Source of the DNA: Ignavibacteriota bacterium
Lineage (GTDB): Bacteria > Bacteroidota > Ignavibacteria > UBA10030 > UBA6906
Length of the DNA stretch: 64,000 nucleotides
Assembly: GCA_963801355.1 (NCBI GenBank)
Contig: CAWDEM010000008.1
Span: 64,001-128,000, forward strand
Direction: 5' to 3'
The translations under genes were made by a program, and so were the position numbers. Every line of letters begins with the position of its first letter. The stretch's first letter is position 1. Below are positions 28,898 through 39,650 of the stretch, piece after piece. The notes beneath the pieces are model-generated. The model had not been told where the DNA came from. It saw only the letters and a list, made by a program, of their open reading frames with translations, and made no database searches.

Positions 28898-29998
28898 ATG
28901 GATCTATCGGTGGCGCAAGAAAAAGCACATAGGGTTTACGAATACATGAAGAGGGGAACTGCAGGATTGAAACGGGAGACTGCAAATGCGGTTGACCATG
29001 ATCCTGCCAGTTGGGGTATGGATATTGATGATTGGGACTGGAATGCTGGAGTGGGCATGACTGCAATTTCCGACTACTATGAAAAACTGCAAGATCCCGA
29101 AATACTGCACTACATGGTGGATTGGGTGGGCAAGAACAAACACCAGTGTGCAAAAAAGGACCATGTCAACTACTTGACGCCGCTTGCCATCTATCCGGAC
29201 ATGTATTTGAGAACCCAAGAGCCGTATTATCGGGACATCGCGGTCGAGTACGCGGACTGGGTAATGGCAAATGCCGGCAGATCCAAGGATAGTGTTTTCT
29301 TCCACGGCGCATCTGTTTCGGGAGAGGTGTGGGCAGATACCGTGTTTATGGCATTGGTCTTCTTGTCACGCACGGCGAAGCTCACGGCAAATATCACAAT
29401 GGCTGAACAAGTTCTCAAACAGCTGCTTTCACATCTGCAACTTCTGCAGGATGAGAAAACAGGGATCCTCTATCATGGATATCATTGTGTGGGAAATCAT
29501 CATATGTCGGGCGCCCTCTGGACCAGAGGCAATTCATGGGTGGTGATTGGATCTCCAATCATCATCGAGACTCTACGTGACCTGGTGGAAGTACCGAAAG
29601 ACATCAATTTCCGATACAAGAAGCTGGTGGATGGTATCCTGCAGTACCAGGCAGAAAATGGTCTCTGGCACACCGTCATGGACAGACCTGATTTCTATCA
29701 AGAGACATCAGGCAGTGCAGGCAATGCAGCGGGTATTATGAAAGCGGTTCGTCTCCATTTGCTGGAGCCCGACAAAATGGCGAGTGCCCTCAAAGCGATG
29801 GAGGGAGTGATCACACAAATCAATCCAGAAGGCGCAGTCGAGGGCGTATCGGGAGGTACGCCAATCATGCCGACGATTGACGCATATGGCAAACTAACCC
29901 GCTATCCGACGCTGTACGGCCAGGGTTTGACACTTCTGATGCTTAGTGAATACCTCTTTCAAGAGAAGGCGCGCGCAGAACCGAATCAGCCGGCATAA
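28898..29998 (+). CDS. GH105/GH88 unsaturated glycuronyl hydrolase
   Basis: 'WDWNAGV', 'VWADTVFMA', 'GILYHG', 'WTRGNSW', 'NGLWHTV', 'ETSGSA', 'YGQG'; RBS AAGGAG; no signal peptide. Confidence 0.88.
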   Translation: MDLSVAQEKAHRVYEYMKRGTAGLKRETANAVDHDPASWGMDIDDWDWNAGVGMTAISDYYEKLQDPEILHYMVDWVGKNKHQCAKKDHVNYLTPLAIYPDMYLRTQEPYYRDIAVEYADWVMANAGRSKDSVFFHGASVSGEVWADTVFMALVFLSRTAKLTANITMAEQVLKQLLSHLQLLQDEKTGILYHGYHCVGNHHMSGALWTRGNSWVVIGSPIIIETLRDLVEVPKDINFRYKKLVDGILQYQAENGLWHTVMDRPDFYQETSGSAGNAAGIMKAVRLHLLEPDKMASALKAMEGVITQINPEGAVEGVSGGTPIMPTIDAYGKLTRYPTLYGQGLTLLMLSEYLFQEKARAEPNQPA

Positions 29999-30101
29999 AG
30001 CTGAACACAATGTCAGTCATCGTTCCGAACACAACTGCGATGACACGGTCCGGAATGATTGACGCCCTCCCACTCACACATAAGACGATTGAGGCGGCAC
30101 C

Positions 30102-30959
30102 TTGAGCTCCTCTCAACCCGTTCGCATCGGCGTTCGTGCTCACGATTTCGGCTGCCTGTCAGCCGGTGAACTCGCTGCGAAGATCGCGGCAAAACATCTG
30201 GTCTGCACGCAGCTCGCACCCGGCAAGGCCATCGCCGGACTCACTATGAAACCCGGCGCTTTGAATCCCGGTCTCGCGTTTGAAATCGGAAGGGCGTTTC
30301 ACACGCATGGTGTCCAAATCGCGGTGCTCGGCTGCTACGTGAATCCGATTCACCCCGATCCTACGGCGCGAAAATCGCTGCTCGGACTCTTTAAGGAACA
30401 CCTGCGCTACGCCCGCGATTTCGGCAATGGCCTCGTCGCGCTTGAAACCGGCTCGGTCAATGCGGACTATTCGCCTCATCCCGATAACCACGGTGAGACC
30501 GCTTTTCAACAATCGCTCGCGAGCATCGCAGAGCTTGTCGCGGAGGCTGAAAACTTCGGCGTCATCGTCGGCATCGAGGCCGTCGCATCGCACGTCGTTT
30601 CAACGCCGCAAAAGATGAGGCGGATGCTGGATACCGTTGCATCGAACAATCTCCAAGTTGTCTTCGATCCGGTGAATTTGCTTTCGCTCGAAAACCATCT
30701 CGAGCAGGAGCGTATCATCGGCGAATCGCTCGAACTATTCGGCGACCGGATTGCGATCATTCATGCGAAGGATTTCGTTGTCGAGAACGGCCGGTTCAAG
30801 TGTGCAAGCGCGGGTCTCGGGGCGCTGCGGCACGATCTGGTGATAAAATTTGCCATTGAAGAAAAACCAGGCATCAGCATTCTGTTGGAAGATACAAATG
30901 AGCAGACGGCTCAGGATAGCCGGCAATTCTTGCTCCAGGTTGCAAAACGATGCGGATAA
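30102..30959 (+). CDS. Sugar phosphate isomerase/epimerase (xylose-isomerase-like TIM barrel)
   Basis: 'IGVRAHDFG', 'LGCYVNPIHPD', 'ETGS', 'IEAV', 'FDPVNL', 'HAKDF'; TTG start uncertain. Confidence 0.85.
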   Translation: MSSSQPVRIGVRAHDFGCLSAGELAAKIAAKHLVCTQLAPGKAIAGLTMKPGALNPGLAFEIGRAFHTHGVQIAVLGCYVNPIHPDPTARKSLLGLFKEHLRYARDFGNGLVALETGSVNADYSPHPDNHGETAFQQSLASIAELVAEAENFGVIVGIEAVASHVVSTPQKMRRMLDTVASNNLQVVFDPVNLLSLENHLEQERIIGESLELFGDRIAIIHAKDFVVENGRFKCASAGLGALRHDLVIKFAIEEKPGISILLEDTNEQTAQDSRQFLLQVAKRCG

Positions 30960-31023
30960 GTTCTCAATTTGTGCAACTCCAACATCAGCGGGATTCTCTC
31001 TGATTTAGCCGGAGGCATTTCAA

Positions 31024-32482
31024 ATGAAACGACACATCGTTTCCTTTTCGTTGGTGGCGATGTTCCTTGCCGCGCCTCTCCTTCAGGCACAGAACGATTC
31101 GGCCTTCCAGGCATGGCAACAGGCCGAGCAGAAGAAATTACAGGCATTCCGTGATGCCAATGACCGCGCCTTCTACGATTTCCTCACAAAGGAGTGGCGC
31201 GGAGTTGAGCTGGCGAAGGGAATGGTGAAGGATCCGATTCCCGACCTACCCAAGCTCCCGGTGTATGAGCCGCCGGCGGCCAAACTGCCCGCTCCAGAAG
31301 CGCCGCCTGTCGTCCTCCCGCCGCCTCCCCAAAGAGAATCTATTGCGGTTCCGCCAACTCTGCCTGCTCCCGCGGGGGGGGGGTGAAGTGAAGTTCTTCG
31401 GAACACCACTCTCCCTCCCGATACAAGAAGCGCTGAGGCTACGCGTGAGCGACTCTCCAAGCAAGGAGTCAATAGCGGATTTCTTTGCGGCGATGAGCGG
31501 CTTGCCAACCGATGAGTTGTTGTCGGAGTCGAAAAAGGTTGCTGAGGTACGGCACTTAAACGATTGGGGGTATTGTCTCTTGTTGCACGCTGCGGGAGAA
31601 CGAATTTACGGTCCTTCGGGCGACGGGGCAACCCTCTTCACGTGGTATCTTCTGCTGAAGTCCGGTTTCGATGCGCGCGTTGGTTTTACACCTTCCCGTG
31701 TGATGCTTCTCTTGCCCGTCGAAGAGCAGCTCTATGGCGTGATGTATCTGTCGTTCGGAGCTGACCAGCGTCGCTATTACACCGTTCCCCTCAATGCGCG
31801 CTCCAGGCCTGAGGAATCACAGATCTACTCGTATGAAGGAACACATCCTTCTGCCACCCGATCCCTTCGCTTTGCCGTCTCGCGGGTCCCGGTCCTCAAT
31901 CTGCCCGTCGCGGAGAAGACTCTTGCGTTCACGTTCGGGGGCATCGAGCACCGCGTCCCAGTAAAGTACAGCCGTGACGCCGTCACGTTTTTCGAGCATT
32001 ATCCGCAGACTGATTTTGCCGTGTATTTCGATGGATCGATTTCCGATGGAGCTGCCTCTTCGCTTTATGACGCCTTCAAGCCGTTGCTGGCGGATAAGAA
32101 TGAAGTTGAGGCGGTGAATATGCTCCTGCGGTTTTCACAAACGGCTTTCGGCTATAAGGTCGACAAAGAATTGTTCGGACGCGAGAAACCGATGTTCCCG
32201 GATGAGGTGCTCTATTATGACTATTCGAATTGCAAAGATCGGGCCATTCTGTTCGCGTATCTTGTACGACGGCTGACCGGGCTGGAAGTCGTGGGGCTTG
32301 ACTATCCGGGGCACATCTCGACAGCCGTTCGATTTCGCGGGAACGTGCCGGGCGATGCCGTGCAGGTGCGGCGCGAGCGTTTCGTGATTTGCGACCCTAC
32401 GTATATCAATGCTAACGCCGGCATGTGCATGCCGCAATTCCAGGGAGTTCAACCGTCCATTATCACCCTGAGGAAACCCTAG
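31024..32482 (+). pseudogene. Secreted transglutaminase-like protein split by a frameshift at a G10 tract
   Basis: ORF 31024-31386 (RBS GGAGG, signal peptide) stops right after G10; removing one G joins it to the 31265-32482 frame containing 'SNCKDRAILF', 'YPGH', 'CDPTY'. Confidence 0.8.
31374..31383 (+). repeat. Homopolymeric G10 tract
   Basis: cgc-gggggggggg-tgaagtg read directly. Confidence 0.95.
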
Positions 32483-32530
32483 AAACGCAAAACGCCATTG
32501 TTGGCGCATTCCTGCCCGCAAGGAGAATCC

Positions 32531-34558
32531 ATGATTTCCCGTGCAGCTTTCATCCCACTGACTTTCTGTTTCCTCTTGGGTCTCCAGAATGCTCCGGCTG
32601 CTCCCCCCGATGAGGGGGTCTTTTTCGATCCGCACGCCGTGGCCCGCTACCGGGCACTGTATGCCGGCAATCCTCTCTTCTCCGTTCTGAGAAAGGATAT
32701 GGACACTGTTGACCGTGCGCGGGAACGGAAATTCTTGCGTTCGGAGGTGCGCTATAATGACCATCTGTATGATATCTCCCGGGTCGGAAATCTTGCGCAA
32801 CAGATGGCGTTGCTCTATGTGTACGCCGGCGACGCCGATGCTGCGGCCCTCGCGCAGGAGTGTGTGGAGACCCTGATGAAGTTTCCGAAGTGGGATTATT
32901 TCCTGGAGGCGGGGACCGACGTTATCGGCTTTCAGCGCGCACCGAATTCTGCTATCGCGGTCGCGATCGTCGTCGAAGCTCTCGGAGAGCGCATCCCCCT
33001 GGCGCTGCGCAAACGCTGGCTCGCGACGATGGCGGAACGTGGTACAGAACCGTGCTACCGCGCTGTCTATGGAATGCGCCACCCGGAGCAGGTGAAGGGG
33101 TGGTCGGTGGACACAACGAGCACGTATTTCATGCACCGCCCCCTGGATCGGGGCCTCAGTCTTGCACGGTGGCCGATGATCCTCAATATCAACAATCTCA
33201 AAGCAGTCCCGGCTTCTGCAGTTGCGCTTTCGGCGCTGGTCTACAGAGAATACTATGGTGAAACCGCCGACACGAAGAGGTGGTTGGAACAGGCGGCGCA
33301 TAGCATCCGGACGTTCCGGGACATCTACAAGCGGGACGGATCGTACGACGAAGGGATTTCGTACGCCCATTACACCACGTTGCACATCATCCAGGCCGTT
33401 GAGGCTTTTCGCCGTACGGGTGTTGCGGACCTGACCGACCTCCTCAATTGGAACGGCTATCAGGACTTCCTCGTCGAAATGACACTGCCTGCACAGGACG
33501 ACCCCAGCGCCATCGTGAATTTCAGTGACGCCAGCACGGGGGCGCATGCATCACCCTCCTTCTGGATTGCCAGGCAGACGAGAGATGGCCTGGCACGCTG
33601 GTTCGGCGAAAACCTTGCACATTCACGGGATATGTGGTCTGTGCTCTATTACGATCCGACCGTCCCCCTCATCCCGCCGCCCCAGAGGACCCATCTGTGG
33701 CTATCGGATCTGGGTTGGATCGTCGGACGGACTGGGTACCAGCCGGCCGATCTTGTGGTTGCCATGCGGAGCGGGGATGCGTACAACCACGAGCACGCGG
33801 ACCGCAACGGCCTCATCTTCAAATGCTTTGGCGAACGACTGGTCGTGGACCCCATGCGGCCTCCATACAGCTTCAGGGATCCTGCCTGGAAAATGCGGCT
33901 GACAGGGGGACACAGTTGCGTGTTGATTGATGGGAAGGGGCATCAATACGTCGATGGACATGACGGGACAAATGCATCGCAGGCGTCGGCAACGATCATA
34001 CGGGCAGGAGAGCGGGATGGGTACTTCTACTGGACGAGCGACGCGACTCGTGCATATGCCCTTGTGCTCCCCGACGTCCATTCTGTCACACGAACAGTTG
34101 TGACGCTCACGGATCCTCCTGCTCTCGTCGTTGTCGACAAGATCATAAAGAGCAGCGAACCTTCAAACGTTCAGGCTCGTTTCTACGCATACAATTCGGA
34201 TGGGAAAGGGACTGTTGCTGCCACGCAGGACGCATTCACGGTGACGAGGCCGTACGCCCGTCTCGTTGGCATTGCCTCATCCGAATCAGGCGTCACGTAT
34301 ACGTCAGCACTACCTGATATTCCCGCCGCACAAGCGCAGCTCTACCCGTTTGCCGAAGTGGGAACCGTGAAGCCGGGGAACGAGATCTGTCTGGTAACGG
34401 TGCTCCTGCCGACTCCGTCGGGCGCGGTCATCGGGACTGCGTCGGTCACGAGGGATGGGTTGATTTACACCGCCCACATTTCCGCTGGCACTCGCTCTGC
34501 ATCGGTGAGAATCATCGATTCTGGAGCAGTACCGGAGTTTCAGGTGGGAGGGGAGTAG
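32531..34558 (+). CDS. Heparinase II/III-like polysaccharide lyase
   Basis: Signal peptide; helical N-half with 'NNL', 'DGSYDEGISYAHY', 'NFSDA'; C-half 'NHEHADRNGLI', 'GHSCVLIDGKG'. Confidence 0.8.
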   Translation: MISRAAFIPLTFCFLLGLQNAPAAPPDEGVFFDPHAVARYRALYAGNPLFSVLRKDMDTVDRARERKFLRSEVRYNDHLYDISRVGNLAQQMALLYVYAGDADAAALAQECVETLMKFPKWDYFLEAGTDVIGFQRAPNSAIAVAIVVEALGERIPLALRKRWLATMAERGTEPCYRAVYGMRHPEQVKGWSVDTTSTYFMHRPLDRGLSLARWPMILNINNLKAVPASAVALSALVYREYYGETADTKRWLEQAAHSIRTFRDIYKRDGSYDEGISYAHYTTLHIIQAVEAFRRTGVADLTDLLNWNGYQDFLVEMTLPAQDDPSAIVNFSDASTGAHASPSFWIARQTRDGLARWFGENLAHSRDMWSVLYYDPTVPLIPPPQRTHLWLSDLGWIVGRTGYQPADLVVAMRSGDAYNHEHADRNGLIFKCFGERLVVDPMRPPYSFRDPAWKMRLTGGHSCVLIDGKGHQYVDGHDGTNASQASATIIRAGERDGYFYWTSDATRAYALVLPDVHSVTRTVVTLTDPPALVVVDKIIKSSEPSNVQARFYAYNSDGKGTVAATQDAFTVTRPYARLVGIASSESGVTYTSALPDIPAAQAQLYPFAEVGTVKPGNEICLVTVLLPTPSGAVIGTASVTRDGLIYTAHISAGTRSASVRIIDSGAVPEFQVGGE

Positions 34559-34562
34559 ACCG

Positions 34563-36023
34563 CTACTTGGTCTGCTGAACGATCTGCTTGAGTTTGTCGC
34601 CTTTCTTGAGCTTCGTTGACGGTTCCGCCTGATTGGCAAGAGCCACCGTGGCAAGCGGGACCTCGGAGGGATACCGTTTATCGAACTGCTCGAGCGTCAT
34701 TGCCTCCGGCAGAGTGACAATTTTGACTTTCATGGGTTTCACGTTGAGCGCCTGGTCATCGGTCAGACGGCTGAAGCTATGAGCCGCACCCGTGACGGCA
34801 GTCTGGTACCCCGACCATGCTTGCTGTGCGCTATAGCCGAGAATCTGAAAGACTTTCCCATCATACTCGATAAAAGTTGCGCTGCCCGCAAGAGCGCCAT
34901 TATCCGTAGTGGCGGAGAATGTCCCGACCACGGAGCGTAGACCATTGATGGACAAAGACTGCCGCGAACCTGCGGAAACGCCTTGTTGTGCAAAGAAACC
35001 GCTCGACGCCGAGTCCGCCGATTTGGTGTTGGCTAGCGTCAACTGCAGTATCGCATCCTCCGATTCGCTCTGGCCGATCACCGCCTGCTTCTGGTTCGCG
35101 GTTTTCCAGCCCTGCGGAAAATCAACGCGAAATTTGAGATCAGGGTGATAGAAAGTACTTCCCTTGAAATATCCTTCGCGCGGATTATCACCGAAGGTCA
35201 ATCCATTGAGGCGGTTAAGGTATCCAGGCTGGTCGACCTTCGCGTAGACGGGCTTCATCTGCATCGTGTCCATCTGGCTCCTGATATCCTCAGCACGGGT
35301 GGGAGGGCTCGGATGCGTTGACAACCATTCCGGAACGCGCCCGCCGCCGCTGGCCTCACTCACCCGCTCAAGCACATTCATGACCTGGATCAACTCGCTC
35401 GGATTTTGATTGATCCGCGCCATGTACCGTACGGCAAGATTGTCCGCCTGCGACTCATCGTCCCTGCTGAACTTCAGGAAGAGAATACTCAGCGCAGCGC
35501 TGGCCAGGTTGCCGTATTTTTGCATCTCCTCGGGCGCCAGAACCGTGCCGAGAACCATTCCCAGTTGGGCGAGCATCTGGTTTGACATGTTGTTGACCGA
35601 GTGTCTTGCAGTGACATGGCCAATCTCATGTGCTACAACCCCCGCGAGCTGTGTTTCGTTGTTCATATGTGCGAGCAATCCCCGGGTGACATAGATGTAG
35701 CCCCCGGGAAGTGCGAAGGCATTCACCACCGGATCATCGACAACTCGGAATGTCCAGGGAAGATTTGTGCGCTCCGTTCTTGCAGCGATGCGGGTTCCGA
35801 GCTCCTGGATATATCGCTGCAGTTCAGCATCATCATATGCGCCAAGCGATCCCTGGATTTCCCCATCATACTCCTTCCCCATGGCGATTTCCTGTGACTC
35901 ACTGACGAGACTCAGATGTCTCTCGCCTGTGGCCAGATTCGTGGTACACCCTGACGACCCCAGGCTGAATGCAGCCAGCGTGAGAATGAGTCCGGGACAA
36001 CTGAGAAGAAATCTGGTCTTCAT
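34563..36023 (-). CDS. M48-family metalloprotease lipoprotein
   Basis: Lipobox SSG-C; 'NAFALPGG', HEIGH, 'FSRDDESQAD', 'STHP'. Confidence 0.9.
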   Translation of the reverse strand: MKTRFLLSCPGLILTLAAFSLGSSGCTTNLATGERHLSLVSESQEIAMGKEYDGEIQGSLGAYDDAELQRYIQELGTRIAARTERTNLPWTFRVVDDPVVNAFALPGGYIYVTRGLLAHMNNETQLAGVVAHEIGHVTARHSVNNMSNQMLAQLGMVLGTVLAPEEMQKYGNLASAALSILFLKFSRDDESQADNLAVRYMARINQNPSELIQVMNVLERVSEASGGGRVPEWLSTHPSPPTRAEDIRSQMDTMQMKPVYAKVDQPGYLNRLNGLTFGDNPREGYFKGSTFYHPDLKFRVDFPQGWKTANQKQAVIGQSESEDAILQLTLANTKSADSASSGFFAQQGVSAGSRQSLSINGLRSVVGTFSATTDNGALAGSATFIEYDGKVFQILGYSAQQAWSGYQTAVTGAAHSFSRLTDDQALNVKPMKVKIVTLPEAMTLEQFDKRYPSEVPLATVALANQAEPSTKLKKGDKLKQIVQQTK

Positions 36024-36187
36024 TGTCTTTCCCTCCCATAGTGAGAAAAACACCATCGCTGATGTGTGACCTATAGAGACAGGAAGTGGATGCGCGAAAG
36101 CTTGCAAAGAAAAACGTGAATATCAACTATCCCGGGAATGTGGAGCATTGAGAATACTGAAGGAACTAAGGGAGAAACAAGGGCAAT

Positions 36188-37639
36188 TTACAGAGAAGGG
36201 GTTATCGCCCTTCGTGCGATCTCGTGTATCATCCGCCGGAAGATGAGCGCATGTACAGGGTAGATTCCGTACCAGTATGCGGGGCCTGCGAGCCCGGCCG
36301 GATGAAATATTGCCGTCTGTCTGATCGTCGACCCCCCGTCGACGGGTTTCACTTCATACTCGAGCCATGCCCTGCCCGGAACCTTCATCTCGGCGGCAAG
36401 GCGGAGATGGAAGGGGGGATCGTACGCCTCAACCCGCCAGAAGTCGAGCGGGTCGCCCACCCGAAGCTCCCGATCGGGCCGCCCCCGTCTCATCCCAACG
36501 CCTCCCACCACCAGGTCCATCGCCCCTCGCAACCTCCAGAGAAGACCATACGCATACCATCCGTTCTTCCCGCCGAGAGCCTGTACAGGCGCAAACGCCT
36601 TTTCGGGGGGGACAGACACGGTGACGACGCGTGAATCGAAAATCCGGTTCCCCAGACGCACACCGCCGAAGGGAGCGGATCCCGACGAAGAAAGAGCGTC
36701 CGACCAGCGTGTCTCAGCAAACTCGCGATCTTCGTTCCGTATTGCAGACGCTATTGCATCGGCTACTCCCAGGGGTTTGATTTCAAACAACTTCATCGCC
36801 GCGTGATCCCGCACGATCGTCGGATGGCGGATGCTGTCGATAAGCTTGCGCCCAACCCGAGCGTACAAGGGAGTAACGAGACCCAACCAGAGACTGCTCA
36901 GTCGCGGCGTCAGTACGGGAACCGGAATCAGCATGCGCCGGAGACCCCTCTGACGCGCGTATTCGACGATCAAATCCCGGTATGAGACAACATCCGCACC
37001 GCCAATTTCGATGACGGTACTTCCCGGCACGCTCACGTCCATCGACGCCACAAGGTAGCTCACCAGGTCCTCAATCCCAATCGGCTGAGCCACAACGCTC
37101 ACCCAGCGTGGCAGCAGCATGACCGGTAGGTGCTCCGCCAGAGAGCGCACCAGCTCGAACGAAAGGCTTCCCGATCCGATGACGATCGAAGCCCGCAGCT
37201 CGATGACGGGAATGCCGCTGGTGCGGAGGATCCGTCCAACCTCAAGCCTGCTCTGGAGATGAGGAGACAATCCCCCCTCATCGCTGGCAAGTCCTCCCAG
37301 ATAGATGATGCGCTTGAGTGATGAATGCTGTGCAGCGTTGGCAAAGTTCGTCGAACCGAGACGGTCCTGTTCTTCAAAGGACTCCGCGGATCCCATGGAA
37401 TGGACCAGGTAAAAAGCAGTATCGCATCCTTCAAAGACCCCAACCAGCGAAGAAGGATTCAGAACGTCACCGGTCACGACGGCACCGGGTGGCTTGATCC
37501 TGGCCATGAGGTATTCAGGTCTCCTGGCCAGACACCGGACGTTGTGTCCGGCGGACGTGAGAGCCGCGAGGAGTCTCCCGCCGACATAGCCGGTGGCACC
37601 CGCCAACAGGATTCGATGGTGATGTTCGCCGTTCTTCAT
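36188..37639 (-). CDS. YbjT-like atypical SDR with C-terminal DUF2867 domain
   Basis: 'GATGYVGGRL', 'FYLVHSM', 'IGSGSLSFE', C-terminal 'GWY....LWRLRG..D...GG.G...DFWRV...AEMKVPGRAWL'. Confidence 0.88.
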   Translation of the reverse strand: MKNGEHHHRILLAGATGYVGGRLLAALTSAGHNVRCLARRPEYLMARIKPPGAVVTGDVLNPSSLVGVFEGCDTAFYLVHSMGSAESFEEQDRLGSTNFANAAQHSSLKRIIYLGGLASDEGGLSPHLQSRLEVGRILRTSGIPVIELRASIVIGSGSLSFELVRSLAEHLPVMLLPRWVSVVAQPIGIEDLVSYLVASMDVSVPGSTVIEIGGADVVSYRDLIVEYARQRGLRRMLIPVPVLTPRLSSLWLGLVTPLYARVGRKLIDSIRHPTIVRDHAAMKLFEIKPLGVADAIASAIRNEDREFAETRWSDALSSSGSAPFGGVRLGNRIFDSRVVTVSVPPEKAFAPVQALGGKNGWYAYGLLWRLRGAMDLVVGGVGMRRGRPDRELRVGDPLDFWRVEAYDPPFHLRLAAEMKVPGRAWLEYEVKPVDGGSTIRQTAIFHPAGLAGPAYWYGIYPVHALIFRRMIHEIARRAITPSL

Positions 37640-37873
37640 ATATCATGCCCTTTGGAAAGGTACTCACTATTTCCGTCAACTCTCAAGAAAAGATACTGTT
37701 CGGTGATTATGATCGGTACTCTGAGGAATTGAACGAGTTAGGCGTCCGTCAACCGCGCAGGCAACAAAATGTCCAACTTTTTCGTATTTTAGGGCAACGA
37801 GGAATGGGTCGTTGACGGAGACAAATCTCCGCACCTTTTCCAGGCACTACTATCCATCAGACCGGAGCCCTCC

Positions 37874-38437
37874 ATGATTCTTCTTGTGGTGTTAGGCATA
37901 CTCCTCCTGCTTCTCTTCTGGGGAATCGGGCAGTACAACAAGCTGGTCACGTTGCGCAATCAGGTCCAGAACGGCTGGAAGCAAATCGATGTGCAATTGA
38001 AACGCCGGCACGATCTGATACCGAATCTCGTCAATACGGTGAAGGGATACATGCAGTACGAGCAGGAAACGCTGGACAAGGTGATTCAGGCGCGGAATGC
38101 CGCAACTACGGCGTCCGGGATCGCTGACTCGGCGGCCAAGGAAAATGCTCTCACCGGGGCACTCGGCCGGCTCTTCGCCCTCGCGGAAAACTACCCCACT
38201 TTGAAGGCGAGCGAAAACGTGAAGCAGCTTCAGGAGGAGCTCTCGAGCACCGAAAACAAGATCGGATTCGCCCGTCAGTTCTTCAACGATATCGCGACGA
38301 AATTCAACATCGCGCAACAGGTTTTTCCCGCCAACTTCATCGCGCGCATGTTCGATTTCAAACCCTCGGAGCTTTTCGAGGTGACCGAAGCGACGGAACG
38401 GGCCGTGCCGAATGTCGATCTTTCTCTGAAAAAGTAG
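37874..38437 (+). CDS. lemA: LemA family protein
   Basis: 'YN.LV..RN.V...W.QIDVQL.RR.DLIPNLV..VKGY', 'ENYP.LKA', 'TENKI..AR'. Confidence 0.95.
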   Translation: MILLVVLGILLLLLFWGIGQYNKLVTLRNQVQNGWKQIDVQLKRRHDLIPNLVNTVKGYMQYEQETLDKVIQARNAATTASGIADSAAKENALTGALGRLFALAENYPTLKASENVKQLQEELSSTENKIGFARQFFNDIATKFNIAQQVFPANFIARMFDFKPSELFEVTEATERAVPNVDLSLKK

Positions 38438-38447
38438 CAGCCAACAG

Positions 38448-39434
38448 ATGCCTCTCGTCCCGAGAAACATCTTCGAACAGCAGGCTCACAACAAGAGGCT
38501 GACTGTTCTGGTGCTCGTCGGTTTCGTCCTCTTCGTCGGATTTCTGGGATTCGGACTGGATCTGTTTCTGTCCGGTTTCGCTCTAGAGAGTGATGAGGAG
38601 ATGGGCTTTCCGGTCCCGGTGGCGACGGTAGTGGCCATGTCGATTGCAGGGATCGGTGCAGTCCGCAGTGCGCGAAACGGCGATGCCGCTGTTCTGGCTT
38701 CAGCCACCGCAGTTCCGGTACAGGAAGACGATCCCAAGTACCGCCAGCTCATCAACATCGTCGACGAGATGGCGATCGCTGCAGGTGTGCCCCGGCCGAA
38801 GGTCTATGCTGTGCCCGACCCGGACCCCAATGCGTTCGCCACGGGTCGGGATCCGGCGCACGCATCTATCGCGGTCACAGAGGGGCTTGTGGAACGGCTG
38901 ACCCGCGACGAGCTCCAGGCGGTCGTCGCTCATGAGATGAGTCACATCCGCAACTACGACATCCGGCTGATGACCGTCGTTGCCTCCCTCATCGGAACTG
39001 TCTTGCTCATCACGGAATTCGGAACGCGGATGCTCCGGTTCGGTGGAGGGAGGGGAGGGAAGAAAGACTCGAAGGGGGGAGGAGGAGGGCTCGGGATTTT
39101 GATGCTGGTATGGGTCGTTGCGCTCATCCTGGCACCCATCATCTCCCAACTCCTCGCCATGGCGGTCTCACGTCAGCGGGAGTTCCTTGCCGACGCCTCC
39201 GGTGCGGAGTTGACCCGCAATCCGATCGCACTTGCCGCAGCACTGCAGAAAATCACAGACGCAGACGAACCCACTAAGGCAATAAAACAGGGGACCGCCC
39301 ATCTCTGTATTGCAGATCCCCTGGGGCGCACAGCCAACGAACGGGAGGGGTTCATGGCAGACCTCCTGGGTACTCATCCGCCGGTGGAAAAGCGGATCAC
39401 ACTTCTTAAAGCGATGGCCTACCAGCACGGTTGA
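38448..39434 (+). CDS. htpX: HtpX-like M48 zinc metalloprotease
   Basis: 'PNAFATGRDP', HEMSH, 'SRQREFLADA', 'THPP'; follows lemA. Confidence 0.88.
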   Translation: MPLVPRNIFEQQAHNKRLTVLVLVGFVLFVGFLGFGLDLFLSGFALESDEEMGFPVPVATVVAMSIAGIGAVRSARNGDAAVLASATAVPVQEDDPKYRQLINIVDEMAIAAGVPRPKVYAVPDPDPNAFATGRDPAHASIAVTEGLVERLTRDELQAVVAHEMSHIRNYDIRLMTVVASLIGTVLLITEFGTRMLRFGGGRGGKKDSKGGGGGLGILMLVWVVALILAPIISQLLAMAVSRQREFLADASGAELTRNPIALAAALQKITDADEPTKAIKQGTAHLCIADPLGRTANEREGFMADLLGTHPPVEKRITLLKAMAYQHG

Positions 39435-39650
39435 CAGTCGACATATCGACTCCCATGCCACCGACCTCGTCGTGAGCCCATCCTCCGCTCCAGGTCATCA
39501 CGGGCTCCCGGCGCCTGGCCATCGTGTACAATTGCTCCTGCCGAATTGCCATAGAGATGTGGATTCTCCGATTCTTCTTGTGTAAATTCGAGCTGCCAAA
39601 CCTCAACCGGACCTCTCGTCGTCGAACATCATGCACACACGGAGCAGACC

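Noticed and set aside
32135-33547. 470-aa minus-strand ORF
   Set aside because: Antisense to two well-supported genes; no motif
34563-39434. Two M48 proteases plus LemA as a novel system
   Set aside because: lemA-htpX is a well-known pair; the other M48 gene is on the opposite strand
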